Source: Pseudobdellovibrionaceae bacterium (GTDB lineage: Bacteria > Bdellovibrionota > Bdellovibrionia > Bdellovibrionales > Bdellovibrionaceae). From it: a stretch of DNA of 64,000 nt. The notes beneath the pieces were generated by a model. The model searched no databases, was not told the origin of the DNA, and worked only from the letters and a program-made list of their open reading frames with translations. The position numbers were made by a program, and so were the translations under genes. The DNA is taken from positions 1 to 64,000 of the forward strand of contig JBDHWW010000016.1 of NCBI GenBank assembly GCA_039810425.1, written 5' to 3'. Positions 1 to 8,693 of this stretch are shown here, piece by piece (position 1 is the stretch's first letter; the number at the start of each line of letters is the position of its first letter).

Positions 1-122
1 TGGAAGGGTTTTGGGGAACTCCATGTCGCGCCTATTAAGCTTGGCACGCTAACGCCAGTCAAGTGGATATGGATGTAGTTTTAATTATTTAACCAGTTCG
101 CTTTGGGCTAAAATTGAATTGG

Positions 123-233
123 GGTTCCAACTTGGAACCAAAACAGCCTGACAGATAATTTCACTTTTTTAATTGACGATTTTGTTGAGAAATCTTCAAA
201 ATGTTTTCTTGCATCTGGTTCCAATTTGGAATC
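123..233. promoter_or_regulatory. Pair of 17-bp palindromes (candidate operators) upstream of the S8 protease
   Basis: GGTTCCAA-C-TTGGAACC at 123-139 (perfect 8-1-8) and GGTTCCAA-T-TTGGAATC at 217-233. Confidence 0.55.
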
Positions 234-287
234 TGATCTTTACCCATATAAGGATTTCAAACGAAATCCATGGAAATTGGGGGGATC

Positions 288-1937
288 ATGAAATTACAAG
301 TATGTGCATTAGGTTTAGCGGCGTTCGTTTCTCTCGCTCTTTCGGGTGGAGCATTCGCGGGCAACCGCTACCTCGTCGTTATGAAGTCGACGCAGTCTTA
401 CAACACGGCAAATGTCGCTCTTTCACACAAGGTGGACGGATTTGTTGGATTCGGCTTCGGTTCTAACTTTGCAAAATACAGCAATGTAAAAGCAAATGTG
501 GTGAATAGCCTCGATCGTATCAACACTTTGGTGGTTGACGCTGACGATGCTGAAATCGCAAAACTGCAAAACAACTCTGACGTTGCGATGATTGAAAAAG
601 AAGTTTTCCACCCAGCTCCAAAACCAATGAAAGGTTTTGTATCTTTCTCTAAGAAGGGCAAAAGCTCTTTCAACTCTAAAATGGGCATGCCTTGGGGAAT
701 CGGCGCGGTGAGAGCTCACGAAGCCTGGACTGCTTCTGGTAACAAAGGTGCTGGTGCGCGCGTCCTTGTACTTGATACTGGTATTGATGCGGAACATCCT
801 TCTTTAAAAGCAAACTTCGAAAAAGGTCAGGACTTCACGGGGGGGTCAGATGGTTCTGATTTCTCTGATAAAGTAGGTCATGGAACACACTGTGCCGGCA
901 CCATCGCTGGCGTCGAAGATGCTTCCGGCTTCTCTGGTGTGGCTCCTGAAGCGAAATTGTTGATGGGCCGTGTTTGCTCTGAAGCCGGTTGCAGCAACAT
1001 TTCTATCGCTCAAGGTATCAACTGGGGTATCCAAGAAAATGTAGACGTTATTTCAATGTCTTTGGGTGGTATGTGGTCGACTCCTGCGGAACGTTCTGCG
1101 GTTGCGGCGGCGGATGCCGCGGGTGTCACTATCGTGGCCGCTTCCGGTAACAGCGGGACGGCACAAGTGAGTTATCCTGCAGCTTTACCAACAGTGATTG
1201 CCGTTGGCGCGATCAACGTAAAATTGGAAAAAGCGGACTTCTCTCAATGGGGTCCTGAGTTGGCAATCGTTGCTCCTGGGGTGGATGTGATCTCTTCCGT
1301 ACCACAGGGCACAGGCCGTGAATCTGAAGTGTTCGTAACTATGAACGGTCAACGTACAAAGGTTATCAGCGCCACTTTCCAAGGTGCTAAAGAATTGTCT
1401 CAAGCTGCCGACATTGAATTGATCGATGCAGGTCTTGGCAAGCCGGCGGACTTCGCGGGTAAAGACTTCACTGGTAAATATGCTTTGATCTCTCGCGGTG
1501 AAATCGCTTTCGCCGACAAAGCTAAGAATGCCTTGGCGGCTCACGCTGCCGGCGTGGTCATCTACAACAACGCTCCTGGATTGATCCACGGTGCTTTGAC
1601 TCAAGATGGTTCTACTTTGGACGTCGCGGTTGCTTTGGTTGAGCAAACAACGGGTGAAGCTTTGAAAACGGAATTGACGGCAGGTCATGTAGCGAAAGCT
1701 TCGATCACAACTTTGAGAACCGACTATGCGAGCTTTGATGGAACGTCTATGGCGACCCCGCACGTTGCCGGTGTTGCAGCTCTTGTAAAGGCGGCGAACA
1801 AAGCTTTGAAACCTGCAGAAGTAAAAGACATCTTTAAAACAACGGCAGTTCAATTGACTGGCCCGAATAATCAGAATCAGTTGGGTTCAGGTTTAGTTAA
1901 CGCCGAAGCCGCAGTTAACATGGCTCTTGGAAAATAA
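288..1937 (+). CDS. Secreted S8 subtilisin-like serine protease with propeptide and PA domain
   Basis: Signal peptide from MKLQVC (ATG 288, after GGGGGA); triad motifs VLDTG, HGTH, GTSMATPHVAG; oxyanion AASGN; PA insert GKYALISRGEIAFADKAKNA. Confidence 0.93.
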   Translation: MKLQVCALGLAAFVSLALSGGAFAGNRYLVVMKSTQSYNTANVALSHKVDGFVGFGFGSNFAKYSNVKANVVNSLDRINTLVVDADDAEIAKLQNNSDVAMIEKEVFHPAPKPMKGFVSFSKKGKSSFNSKMGMPWGIGAVRAHEAWTASGNKGAGARVLVLDTGIDAEHPSLKANFEKGQDFTGGSDGSDFSDKVGHGTHCAGTIAGVEDASGFSGVAPEAKLLMGRVCSEAGCSNISIAQGINWGIQENVDVISMSLGGMWSTPAERSAVAAADAAGVTIVAASGNSGTAQVSYPAALPTVIAVGAINVKLEKADFSQWGPELAIVAPGVDVISSVPQGTGRESEVFVTMNGQRTKVISATFQGAKELSQAADIELIDAGLGKPADFAGKDFTGKYALISRGEIAFADKAKNALAAHAAGVVIYNNAPGLIHGALTQDGSTLDVAVALVEQTTGEALKTELTAGHVAKASITTLRTDYASFDGTSMATPHVAGVAALVKAANKALKPAEVKDIFKTTAVQLTGPNNQNQLGSGLVNAEAAVNMALGK

Positions 1938-1963
1938 TTTAATTCTAGGTCCCGGGGGGGCAA

Positions 1964-1993
1964 AGGGTCGACATTATTGTCGGCCTTTTTTTT
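1964..1993 (+). terminator. Rho-independent terminator
   Basis: GGTCGACA-TTAT-TGTCGGCC stem followed by T8. Confidence 0.8.
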
Positions 1994-2127
1994 GCTTAAA
2001 AAGGGAGATTTGAAGAAAAGAGATTTTGTTTAAATTTTAAGCAAACTTGGCGCAATTCCCGGTGGTTTTGTGTTTTTTTACTCTTATGGCTTTTCAAGTT
2101 TAGTCATGGGCCGCAGAATGGGAAGAT

Positions 2128-4377
2128 ATGACTTCTCATCTGCCTCAGATTATTCAAGATCTTGCACTCATTCTGGTCGTTGCGGCCGTTGTCAGCCTTA
2201 TATTTAAAAAACTTAAGCAGCCGGTGGTTTTAGGATATCTCGTCGCGGGGATTCTGGTGGGACCTCATCAAGCTTGGTTCCCGTCTGTCGGCGATGTGGG
2301 CGGGATCAATGTTTGGGCCGAGATTGGCGTCATCTTCTTGTTGTTTGCCATCGGGCTTGAGTTCAGTTTTAGAAAACTCATGAGTGTCGGTGCTTCGGCG
2401 GGGATCACTGCGGCTTTTCAAGTCTCGGTGATGCTGCTCCTTGGTTTTCTGGCTGGAGAGGCCCTTGGCTGGGACTGGATGAACAGTCTCTTCTTGGGAG
2501 CTGTCATTTCCATTTCTTCGACGACGGTGCTGGTAAAAACATTTGATGAGCTCGGTCTGAAAGGGCGGCGCTTTGTAAGCCTCGTTGTCGGCATTTTGAT
2601 CTTCGAGGACCTGGCGGCTGTCCTTATGATGGTGGTTTTGTCGACGCTAGCGATCAGCCGTGAGTTTCATGGTGTGCAGTTGCTTGAACAAATATCGCGT
2701 TTGGTTTTCTTTCTTTGTTTGTGGTTTATGGTCGGCGTGTTTGTTTTGCCAAATCTTGTTAAACGCATTCGTCTATTGTTAAATCCTGAAGCGGTTTTAA
2801 TCATTTCCCTCGGCCTGTGTTTTTTGATGGTGGTGCTTGCAAGCAAGGCGGGGTTCTCTCCGGCGCTGGGGGCATTTGTGATGGGATCTTTGCTTGCGGA
2901 AACCAGCGAAGGCGAACGGATTGAGCATGTCGTGACTTCGGTGAAAGATCTCTTCTCTGCGATCTTCTTTGTCTCTGTCGGGATGTTGATTAATCCACGC
3001 CTTTTAGTGGATCAATGGGCGATTGTGCTATTGCTGACGGTCGTTTTAATTCTTGGTAAAGTCTTTGGTGTGGCCTTTGGAGCGCTGATCTCCGGCCAGA
3101 ATTTGAAAACGGCTTTGCAATCGGGACTTAGTATGGCGCAGATCGGGGAGTTTTCGTACATCATTGCCGGTCTTGGTGTGACTCTGAAAGTGACGAATGA
3201 GGTCTTATATCCCATTGCGGTGGCATTGTCGGTGGTCTCGACGTTTACGACTCCTTATATGGTTCGGGGAGCCGATGGCATTTACTCGTGGGTTGAAAAT
3301 CTTTTGCCCGTGCACGTTCGTAAAGCGTTAGATACCTACAGCTTACTGCCTTCCAACGGAGGGACGTTAAAAGTTCGCCGGGAGTATTTGAAAAACTTCA
3401 GCATCAAGATGCTTTTGAATACGGTTATTATTATTGCGATATTCCTTGCGATGTCTCAAGGCGTGTTGCCATGGATGCGTGATCGCGCTGACAATAATTT
3501 TACGACGGTCTTGCTCTCCATTGGCGTCACTTTACTTTTGTCGGCGCCGTTTTTTTGGGCGCTCGTCTTTAGCCGGGTTGAAGGCTATTCGTTCTCGGTC
3601 ATTTGGAAAAACCGCGCGACCCGCTCGTCTATTTTATTTCTATCGCTGTTCCGGATTGTGTGGGGCTTGATTTTGCTTTCCGCGCTCATCACGCAATTCA
3701 TTCCGGAAGTCTTTGCGATGGTGGTGATTCTTCTCGCGCTGTCGGTCTTTGTGTTGTTGATGTACAATCGGCTGGAAAGGCTCTATGGCGCGATCGAAGG
3801 TCGTTTCCTTAGCAATCTTCACCGCAGGAGCCAAGAAGAGAAAGAAGCTCAAGAACAGAAAGTAAAAACATACGAGATGCCGCCGCTGGCACCTTGGGAT
3901 GCTCACTTGGTTGAGTTTATGGTCCCCCAAGAGGCGAACTATGTGGGGCTTCACCTTGAAGAACTTTCCATCCGCGAGAAGTACGGGGTGACAATTGCCT
4001 TGATCCGCCGCGGAAATCGTCGTATCACCGCGCCAGGCAGGAACGAGATGCTGATGCCGCACGATCATATTTTCGTGATCGGTACGGATGAGCAGCTCTT
4101 GAAATTTAAAAAGTTCTTGGATTCAGAACGAGCTTCCGAAGATGTCACGGCGATTGGCCGTGATTACACTTTGGAGCAGTACGTGGTTTCAGAGCGCTCC
4201 GAGTTTATCGGTAAAACAATCCGTAACTCAGGCCTGCGAGAAGCCACCAAGGGCATCGTGGTGGGAGTTGAGCGCGCAAGCAAACGCATTCTCAATCCGG
4301 ATTCGGCGCTGACCTTGCAACCCGGTGATCTGCTATGGATCGTGGGGGACCGCAAGCTGATCCGGGGACTTATTTAG
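2128..4377 (+). CDS. CPA2-family cation:proton antiporter with two C-terminal TrkA-C (RCK_C) domains
   Basis: KQPVVLGYLVAGILVGP, AEIGVIFLLFAIGLEFS, ISSTT, GILIFED, QIGEFS; two C-terminal G..I.....R....G..I..I.R repeats. Confidence 0.9.
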   Translation: MTSHLPQIIQDLALILVVAAVVSLIFKKLKQPVVLGYLVAGILVGPHQAWFPSVGDVGGINVWAEIGVIFLLFAIGLEFSFRKLMSVGASAGITAAFQVSVMLLLGFLAGEALGWDWMNSLFLGAVISISSTTVLVKTFDELGLKGRRFVSLVVGILIFEDLAAVLMMVVLSTLAISREFHGVQLLEQISRLVFFLCLWFMVGVFVLPNLVKRIRLLLNPEAVLIISLGLCFLMVVLASKAGFSPALGAFVMGSLLAETSEGERIEHVVTSVKDLFSAIFFVSVGMLINPRLLVDQWAIVLLLTVVLILGKVFGVAFGALISGQNLKTALQSGLSMAQIGEFSYIIAGLGVTLKVTNEVLYPIAVALSVVSTFTTPYMVRGADGIYSWVENLLPVHVRKALDTYSLLPSNGGTLKVRREYLKNFSIKMLLNTVIIIAIFLAMSQGVLPWMRDRADNNFTTVLLSIGVTLLLSAPFFWALVFSRVEGYSFSVIWKNRATRSSILFLSLFRIVWGLILLSALITQFIPEVFAMVVILLALSVFVLLMYNRLERLYGAIEGRFLSNLHRRSQEEKEAQEQKVKTYEMPPLAPWDAHLVEFMVPQEANYVGLHLEELSIREKYGVTIALIRRGNRRITAPGRNEMLMPHDHIFVIGTDEQLLKFKKFLDSERASEDVTAIGRDYTLEQYVVSERSEFIGKTIRNSGLREATKGIVVGVERASKRILNPDSALTLQPGDLLWIVGDRKLIRGLI

Positions 4378-4401
4378 GATTTGGTTGCTGGGGAGTTAAA
4401 A

Positions 4402-4602
4402 GTGTCAGAAGAACGTCTGATTGATTTGGAAATAAAAATCACCCATCAAGAGCACCAGATTGAACAACTCAATAAGGCTCTCTTTGAACAACAAAAGCAA
4501 TTGGATCAGCTGGATTCTCTGCTAAAGGCCCTTGGAAAGCGCTTACAAAATACCGGGGCCGGCGATATCGGTCCTGCCGGTGAAAAACCGCCGCACTACT
4601 AA
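4402..4602 (+). CDS. slyX: SlyX family protein
   Basis: EERLIDLEIKITHQE...LNKAL..QQ and C-terminal EKPPHY; GTG start at 4402 after GGGAG. Confidence 0.88.
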   Translation: MSEERLIDLEIKITHQEHQIEQLNKALFEQQKQLDQLDSLLKALGKRLQNTGAGDIGPAGEKPPHY

Positions 4603-4608
4603 TATAGG

Positions 4609-5997
4609 TTAAATTCCCCAGCGAATCAGAAACTTCGCAAACTTTACTTTCCATGGCACATACGGCGGATAGATCACCGCCGTTGTTTTTCCGAGCCAAG
4701 ACTGCTTCAAGACGGCTTTTGTGTGCGAGAACGTTTTAAAACCAAATTCACCATGATAACTGCCCAGTCCACTGTCGCCGATGCCGCCAAAAGGCAGGTG
4801 GTGATTTGCAAAATGCAAAAGCACATCGTTAATGCAAACCCCGCCCGCCGTCGTGGATTGTAAAACGAGATTGATATTCTCAGACGACTTGGAAAACATA
4901 TACAACGCAAGTGGCTTTGGCCGGCCGTTCACAAACTGAATCACTTCGTGCAGGGTCGTGAATTTTAATATCGGCAACAGGGGGCCAAAAATCTCTTCGT
5001 TCATGATTTGAATCGACGGCAGCGACGTCTCAATAACGGTTGGCGACAGCAGGTTCTTTTGATAGTCAAACTGGCCGCCGGTGACAAGCTTGCCACCTTT
5101 TTCGAGGGCTTCGTTAAACATTTGACTCAGTCTTTGCAAGTGATGGCTTGAAATCACCCGCGCAAGATCCTTTTCAGGCGCGTGATAGAGAATCTTGATA
5201 TATTTTTTTAACTTTTCAATAAACGCGGGATAGATTTCAGATTGAATCATCAAGTAATCGGGCGCGACACAGGTCTGGCCGGCGTTCATGAATTTGCCCC
5301 AGGCGATTTTCTGTGCGGCGGCTTCCAGATCCGCGGTGTTATCGACAATCGTCGGCGATTTTCCACCTAACTCCAGCGTGATGTCACTGAGGTGCTTGCT
5401 GGCGGCGTTCATGACGATTTTTCCAACCTGAGTGCTGCCGGTAAAAAAAATATGGTCAAACGGCAAAGCAAGAAGTTCGGTTGAAACCTCTTTCCCGCCA
5501 AGGACCGTTAGAACTTGATTGGCCGGGAAGAGCTCGTTCAGCATCTTCTCCATAAACCCGCTGGTTTTTGGCGTCATCTCAGAAGGCTTGAGAATCACGC
5601 AGTTTCCGGCCGCCAGGGCCGCAATGACGGGGATGATGGCTAGATTAAAAGGATAATTCCAAGGGGCGATAACCAACACGACGCCTTTGGGTTCGGAGTA
5701 AAGATAATTTTTCGTGCCGGTCAGGAGCACTGTTGCCGGAACTTTTTTTGGCTTTGCCCACGTCTTCAGTTTTTTAAGCGTGTAACGGATCTCTTGCAGG
5801 GTCGGATAGATCTCTGTCATGAGTACTTCTAGTTCAGGCTTGCCGAAATCAGCAGCCATGGCTTCACAGATTTCGCGCTGATGAGACTCGATATAGAGTC
5901 CTAGTTTTCGGAGGCCCTCTTTGCGTTCGTTGAGGGGCGCGGTTCGCCAATACAAGGAGTGCTTCCTTTGTGCCTGGAAAAGCTGTTCGATCGTCAT
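4609..5997 (-). CDS. Aldehyde dehydrogenase (ALDH3/coniferyl-aldehyde DH-like)
   Basis: PWNYP, KPSE, FFTGS, LELGGKSP, NAGQTCVAPDY, EEIFGP, PKPLALY. Confidence 0.92.
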   Translation of the reverse strand: MTIEQLFQAQRKHSLYWRTAPLNERKEGLRKLGLYIESHQREICEAMAADFGKPELEVLMTEIYPTLQEIRYTLKKLKTWAKPKKVPATVLLTGTKNYLYSEPKGVVLVIAPWNYPFNLAIIPVIAALAAGNCVILKPSEMTPKTSGFMEKMLNELFPANQVLTVLGGKEVSTELLALPFDHIFFTGSTQVGKIVMNAASKHLSDITLELGGKSPTIVDNTADLEAAAQKIAWGKFMNAGQTCVAPDYLMIQSEIYPAFIEKLKKYIKILYHAPEKDLARVISSHHLQRLSQMFNEALEKGGKLVTGGQFDYQKNLLSPTVIETSLPSIQIMNEEIFGPLLPILKFTTLHEVIQFVNGRPKPLALYMFSKSSENINLVLQSTTAGGVCINDVLLHFANHHLPFGGIGDSGLGSYHGEFGFKTFSHTKAVLKQSWLGKTTAVIYPPYVPWKVKFAKFLIRWGI

Positions 5998-6057
5998 AGG
6001 GGAAGGCTATCAAAGAATAAACCCCGTTCCAATCATTCTTATTGGACTAGGGGCGTT

Positions 6058-6084
6058 TAAGAAAGACCCTGGGAATGCCGATAA
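6058..6084 (+). promoter_or_regulatory. Sigma-28 (FliA)-type promoter
   Basis: TAAG-N15-GCCGATAA versus consensus TAAA-N15-GCCGATAA, immediately upstream of the lipoprotein gene. Confidence 0.65.
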
Positions 6085-6093
6085 GTCTTTACG

Positions 6094-6384
6094 ATGAATT
6101 TCAAGAGTTCGGCAAAGTGTCTCATAATGATACTGGGTTTAGCGGGGGTGACAGCTTGCTCGGACTCCATTCCCCAAGTTGAAACTCTGGTCTCGCCTGC
6201 GACACCCGCGGCGGCAAAGAACCCTAAGAGTTTTATGCAGCTGAGCTCTGTCGCTGGCAAAGAAACTCTGAGTGGTGGTGGTGGTTATAAAGGCGCCCTT
6301 CGCATCGGGCAGCCGATGGCCCAACTCAAGGCCACCAGCAACGGTGGTTATAAACTGAACGGTACCGTGACATTGCAACGCTAA
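6094..6384 (+). CDS. Small hypothetical lipoprotein
   Basis: Lipobox-like GVTAC; two internal GGYK motifs; start uncertain. Confidence 0.65.
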   Translation: MNFKSSAKCLIMILGLAGVTACSDSIPQVETLVSPATPAAAKNPKSFMQLSSVAGKETLSGGGGYKGALRIGQPMAQLKATSNGGYKLNGTVTLQR

Positions 6385-6402
6385 TTGGGTACTGTTTTGC
6401 CT

Positions 6403-6672
6403 ATGGCGAAATTCTCACACATTCTTGTGGCCCATCAATATGAAGCAGAAGATGTTTTGAAGCTTTTGGCGAAGGGGCGCCTTTTTGACGAGCTTGCGCG
6501 CCGTTTTTCGAGTTGTCCTTCGGCAGAAAGTGGTGGCGACCTCGGCGAACTCAGGCCCGGCCGCGCGGATGAGGATTTCGAAGACGCGGCTTTTGCCTTA
6601 AAGCCGGGGCAGCATAGCTCTAAGCCTGTCAGAACCAAGTTTGGTTATCATATTATTCTTCGCCGGGACTAA
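6403..6672 (+). CDS. ppiC: Parvulin-type peptidyl-prolyl isomerase
   Basis: SHILV, F..LA...S.CPS...GGDLG, FEDAAF, PVRTKFGYHII. Confidence 0.9.
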   Translation: MAKFSHILVAHQYEAEDVLKLLAKGRLFDELARRFSSCPSAESGGDLGELRPGRADEDFEDAAFALKPGQHSSKPVRTKFGYHIILRRD

Positions 6673-6778
6673 AAAAACCAGTTGCCTGGTCGCGGGCTGT
6701 CTATTCGCAAATCAAAAAAACGCTAAAACTTCACACGGAAAAACAGTCTTGTCTTGAGATGCTAAGCAGACGGGCATT

Positions 6779-6813
6779 TTTATATGGATCTTTATACTTT
6801 CTTTATACCGGCC
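6779..6813 (+). promoter_or_regulatory. KdpE-binding site upstream of kdpF
   Basis: TTTATACTTTCTTTATACC (6791-6809) resembles the E. coli KdpE box TTTATACTTTTTTTACACC; extra TTTATA at 6779. Confidence 0.7.
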
Positions 6814-6892
6814 AGCTTTCTATTTACGCCATCCTTACTTGGGCCGCTCTATCATCAAGCGTAACTGTAGCGCTCAAGAAAGAGGAGCTTTT

Positions 6893-6982
6893 ATGAGCTT
6901 TGAGTTTGTTATTGGTGGAGTCGTTTCCTTGGCACTATTCGTCTATCTTGTGTATGCGCTTTTTAACGCGGAAAAGCTCTAA
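6893..6982 (+). CDS. kdpF: K+-transporting ATPase subunit F (29 aa; not in ORF track)
   Basis: MSFEFVIGGVVSLALFVYLVYALFNAEKL after GAGGAG; matches KdpF motif YLVYAL..AE; 10 nt before kdpA. Confidence 0.93.
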   Translation: MSFEFVIGGVVSLALFVYLVYALFNAEKL

Positions 6983-6992
6983 AGGATGAGTT

Positions 6993-8684
6993 ATGAAAGT
7001 ACAGGACGGAATGCAGTTTGGATTTTTTCTGGCGGTGTTGACAATTATCACGCCGCTTTTAGGTGGCTGGATGGCGAAAGTCTTTTCGGGCCAAAAGCAT
7101 TTTCTTTCAAAACCGATGGGCTGGCTGGAACGCCTCGTTTATCGTTGCTCGTTCGTTGATGAACGGGAGGAGATGAGCTGGAAGCGGTATGCTTTGGCAG
7201 TGATGCTCTTTAGTATCGCGGGGATCGTCTCGGTCATGACTTTGTTAATGGCCCAAGCATCTTTACCGATGAATCCCCAAAATCTGCCGAATCTTTCATG
7301 GCACTTAGCCTTTAATACGGCCGTGAGCTTTATTACCAATACCAACTGGCAGTCTTATGGTGGTGAGAGCACGATGAGTTATTTCTCTCAGATGGTAGCC
7401 TTGGGCGTTCACAACTTCGTGAGTGCGGCGACGGGAATTGCCGTCTTCTTAGCGTTTGCACGGGCGATCCGTCGCAAACAAGCTCAAACGATCGGTAACT
7501 TTTGGGTCGATTTGACTCGCGCCACTGTCTATGTGCTTTTGCCAATGTCATTTGTCTACGCTTTATTCTTGATTAGCCAGGGCGCTATTCAAACATTCTC
7601 GGCCTATTTGGATGTTCTGGGCCTCGATGGCGTGAAGCAAGCTCTTGCGCTGGGGCCTGTGGCGTCTCAAGAAGCTATTAAGATGTTTGGAACCAACGGG
7701 GGGGGGTTCTTTAATGCGAATTCCGCCCATCCATTTGAAAATCCAACGCCGTTGACGAACTTCATTCAAATGCTTTCGATTTTTACGATTCCGGCGGCGC
7801 TCACTTTTGTTTACGGAAAGATGGCGGATGCTTCAAAGCATGGATGGGCCATCTTTGCCGCCATGATGACGATGTTTGTCGTCTTAACGACGATTTCTTA
7901 TCAGTCTGAGTCCGCGAACAATCCCATTTTCAATCAGAGCGGCATGATGGAAGGCAAAGAAACCCGCTTTGGGGTCGGCAGCAGTATTTTATTTTCCTCT
8001 GTGACGACAGCGGCTTCTTGTGGAGCCGTCAATGCCATGCACTCAAGCCTATCTCCGGTTTCCGGCGGCATCGCCATGCTGAATATGATGCTCGGGGAGG
8101 TCATATTTGGTGGTGTTGGAGCTGGCATGTACGGCATGCTGATATTCATAATCCTCACGGTGTTCCTTGCCGGTCTGATGGTCGGACGGACGCCGGAGTA
8201 CCTTGGAAAAAAAATAGAGGCCTGGGATATGAAGATGGTGACGTTGGCAGTCCTTTTGCCGAGTGCGGTGATCTTATTCTTTTCGGGAATTTCAATGGTT
8301 TTGCCGGCCGGCCTTTCGAGCCTAGCCAATAAAGGACCGCACGGCTTTAGTGAGATCGTCTATGCATTTACCTCGGCCGCGGCCAATAATGGAAGCGCCT
8401 TTGCAGGGCTTAACGCCAACACGGTTTATTATAATGTCCTGCTGGCGCTTGCGATGTTGGTCGGCCGTTTCGGTATTATTTTACCAGTCCTTGCGGTCTG
8501 TGGAAACTTGGCCGCGAAAAAATATGCTCCGCCTTCAAGCGGAACATTTCCAACCGACAATTTCCTATTCGTCTTTCTTTTGATCGCAGTCATTCTCATT
8601 GTTGGTGCTTTGACATTCTTCCCGGCGTTGACTCTCGGTCCTATTGTTGAACAACTTCTTATGCTGAAAGGGGTCACCTTTTAG
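6993..8684 (+). CDS. kdpA: K+-transporting ATPase subunit A
   Basis: FNTAVSFITNTNWQSYGGE, GTNGGGFFNANSAHPFENP, NNGSAFAG. Confidence 0.98.
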   Translation: MKVQDGMQFGFFLAVLTIITPLLGGWMAKVFSGQKHFLSKPMGWLERLVYRCSFVDEREEMSWKRYALAVMLFSIAGIVSVMTLLMAQASLPMNPQNLPNLSWHLAFNTAVSFITNTNWQSYGGESTMSYFSQMVALGVHNFVSAATGIAVFLAFARAIRRKQAQTIGNFWVDLTRATVYVLLPMSFVYALFLISQGAIQTFSAYLDVLGLDGVKQALALGPVASQEAIKMFGTNGGGFFNANSAHPFENPTPLTNFIQMLSIFTIPAALTFVYGKMADASKHGWAIFAAMMTMFVVLTTISYQSESANNPIFNQSGMMEGKETRFGVGSSILFSSVTTAASCGAVNAMHSSLSPVSGGIAMLNMMLGEVIFGGVGAGMYGMLIFIILTVFLAGLMVGRTPEYLGKKIEAWDMKMVTLAVLLPSAVILFFSGISMVLPAGLSSLANKGPHGFSEIVYAFTSAAANNGSAFAGLNANTVYYNVLLALAMLVGRFGIILPVLAVCGNLAAKKYAPPSSGTFPTDNFLFVFLLIAVILIVGALTFFPALTLGPIVEQLLMLKGVTF

Positions 8685-8693
8685 AGGTATCTT

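Noticed and set aside
41..56. TTGGCACG sigma-54-like element
   Set aside because: The GC lies at GG-N9-GC rather than N10, and the element is upstream of the palindromes.
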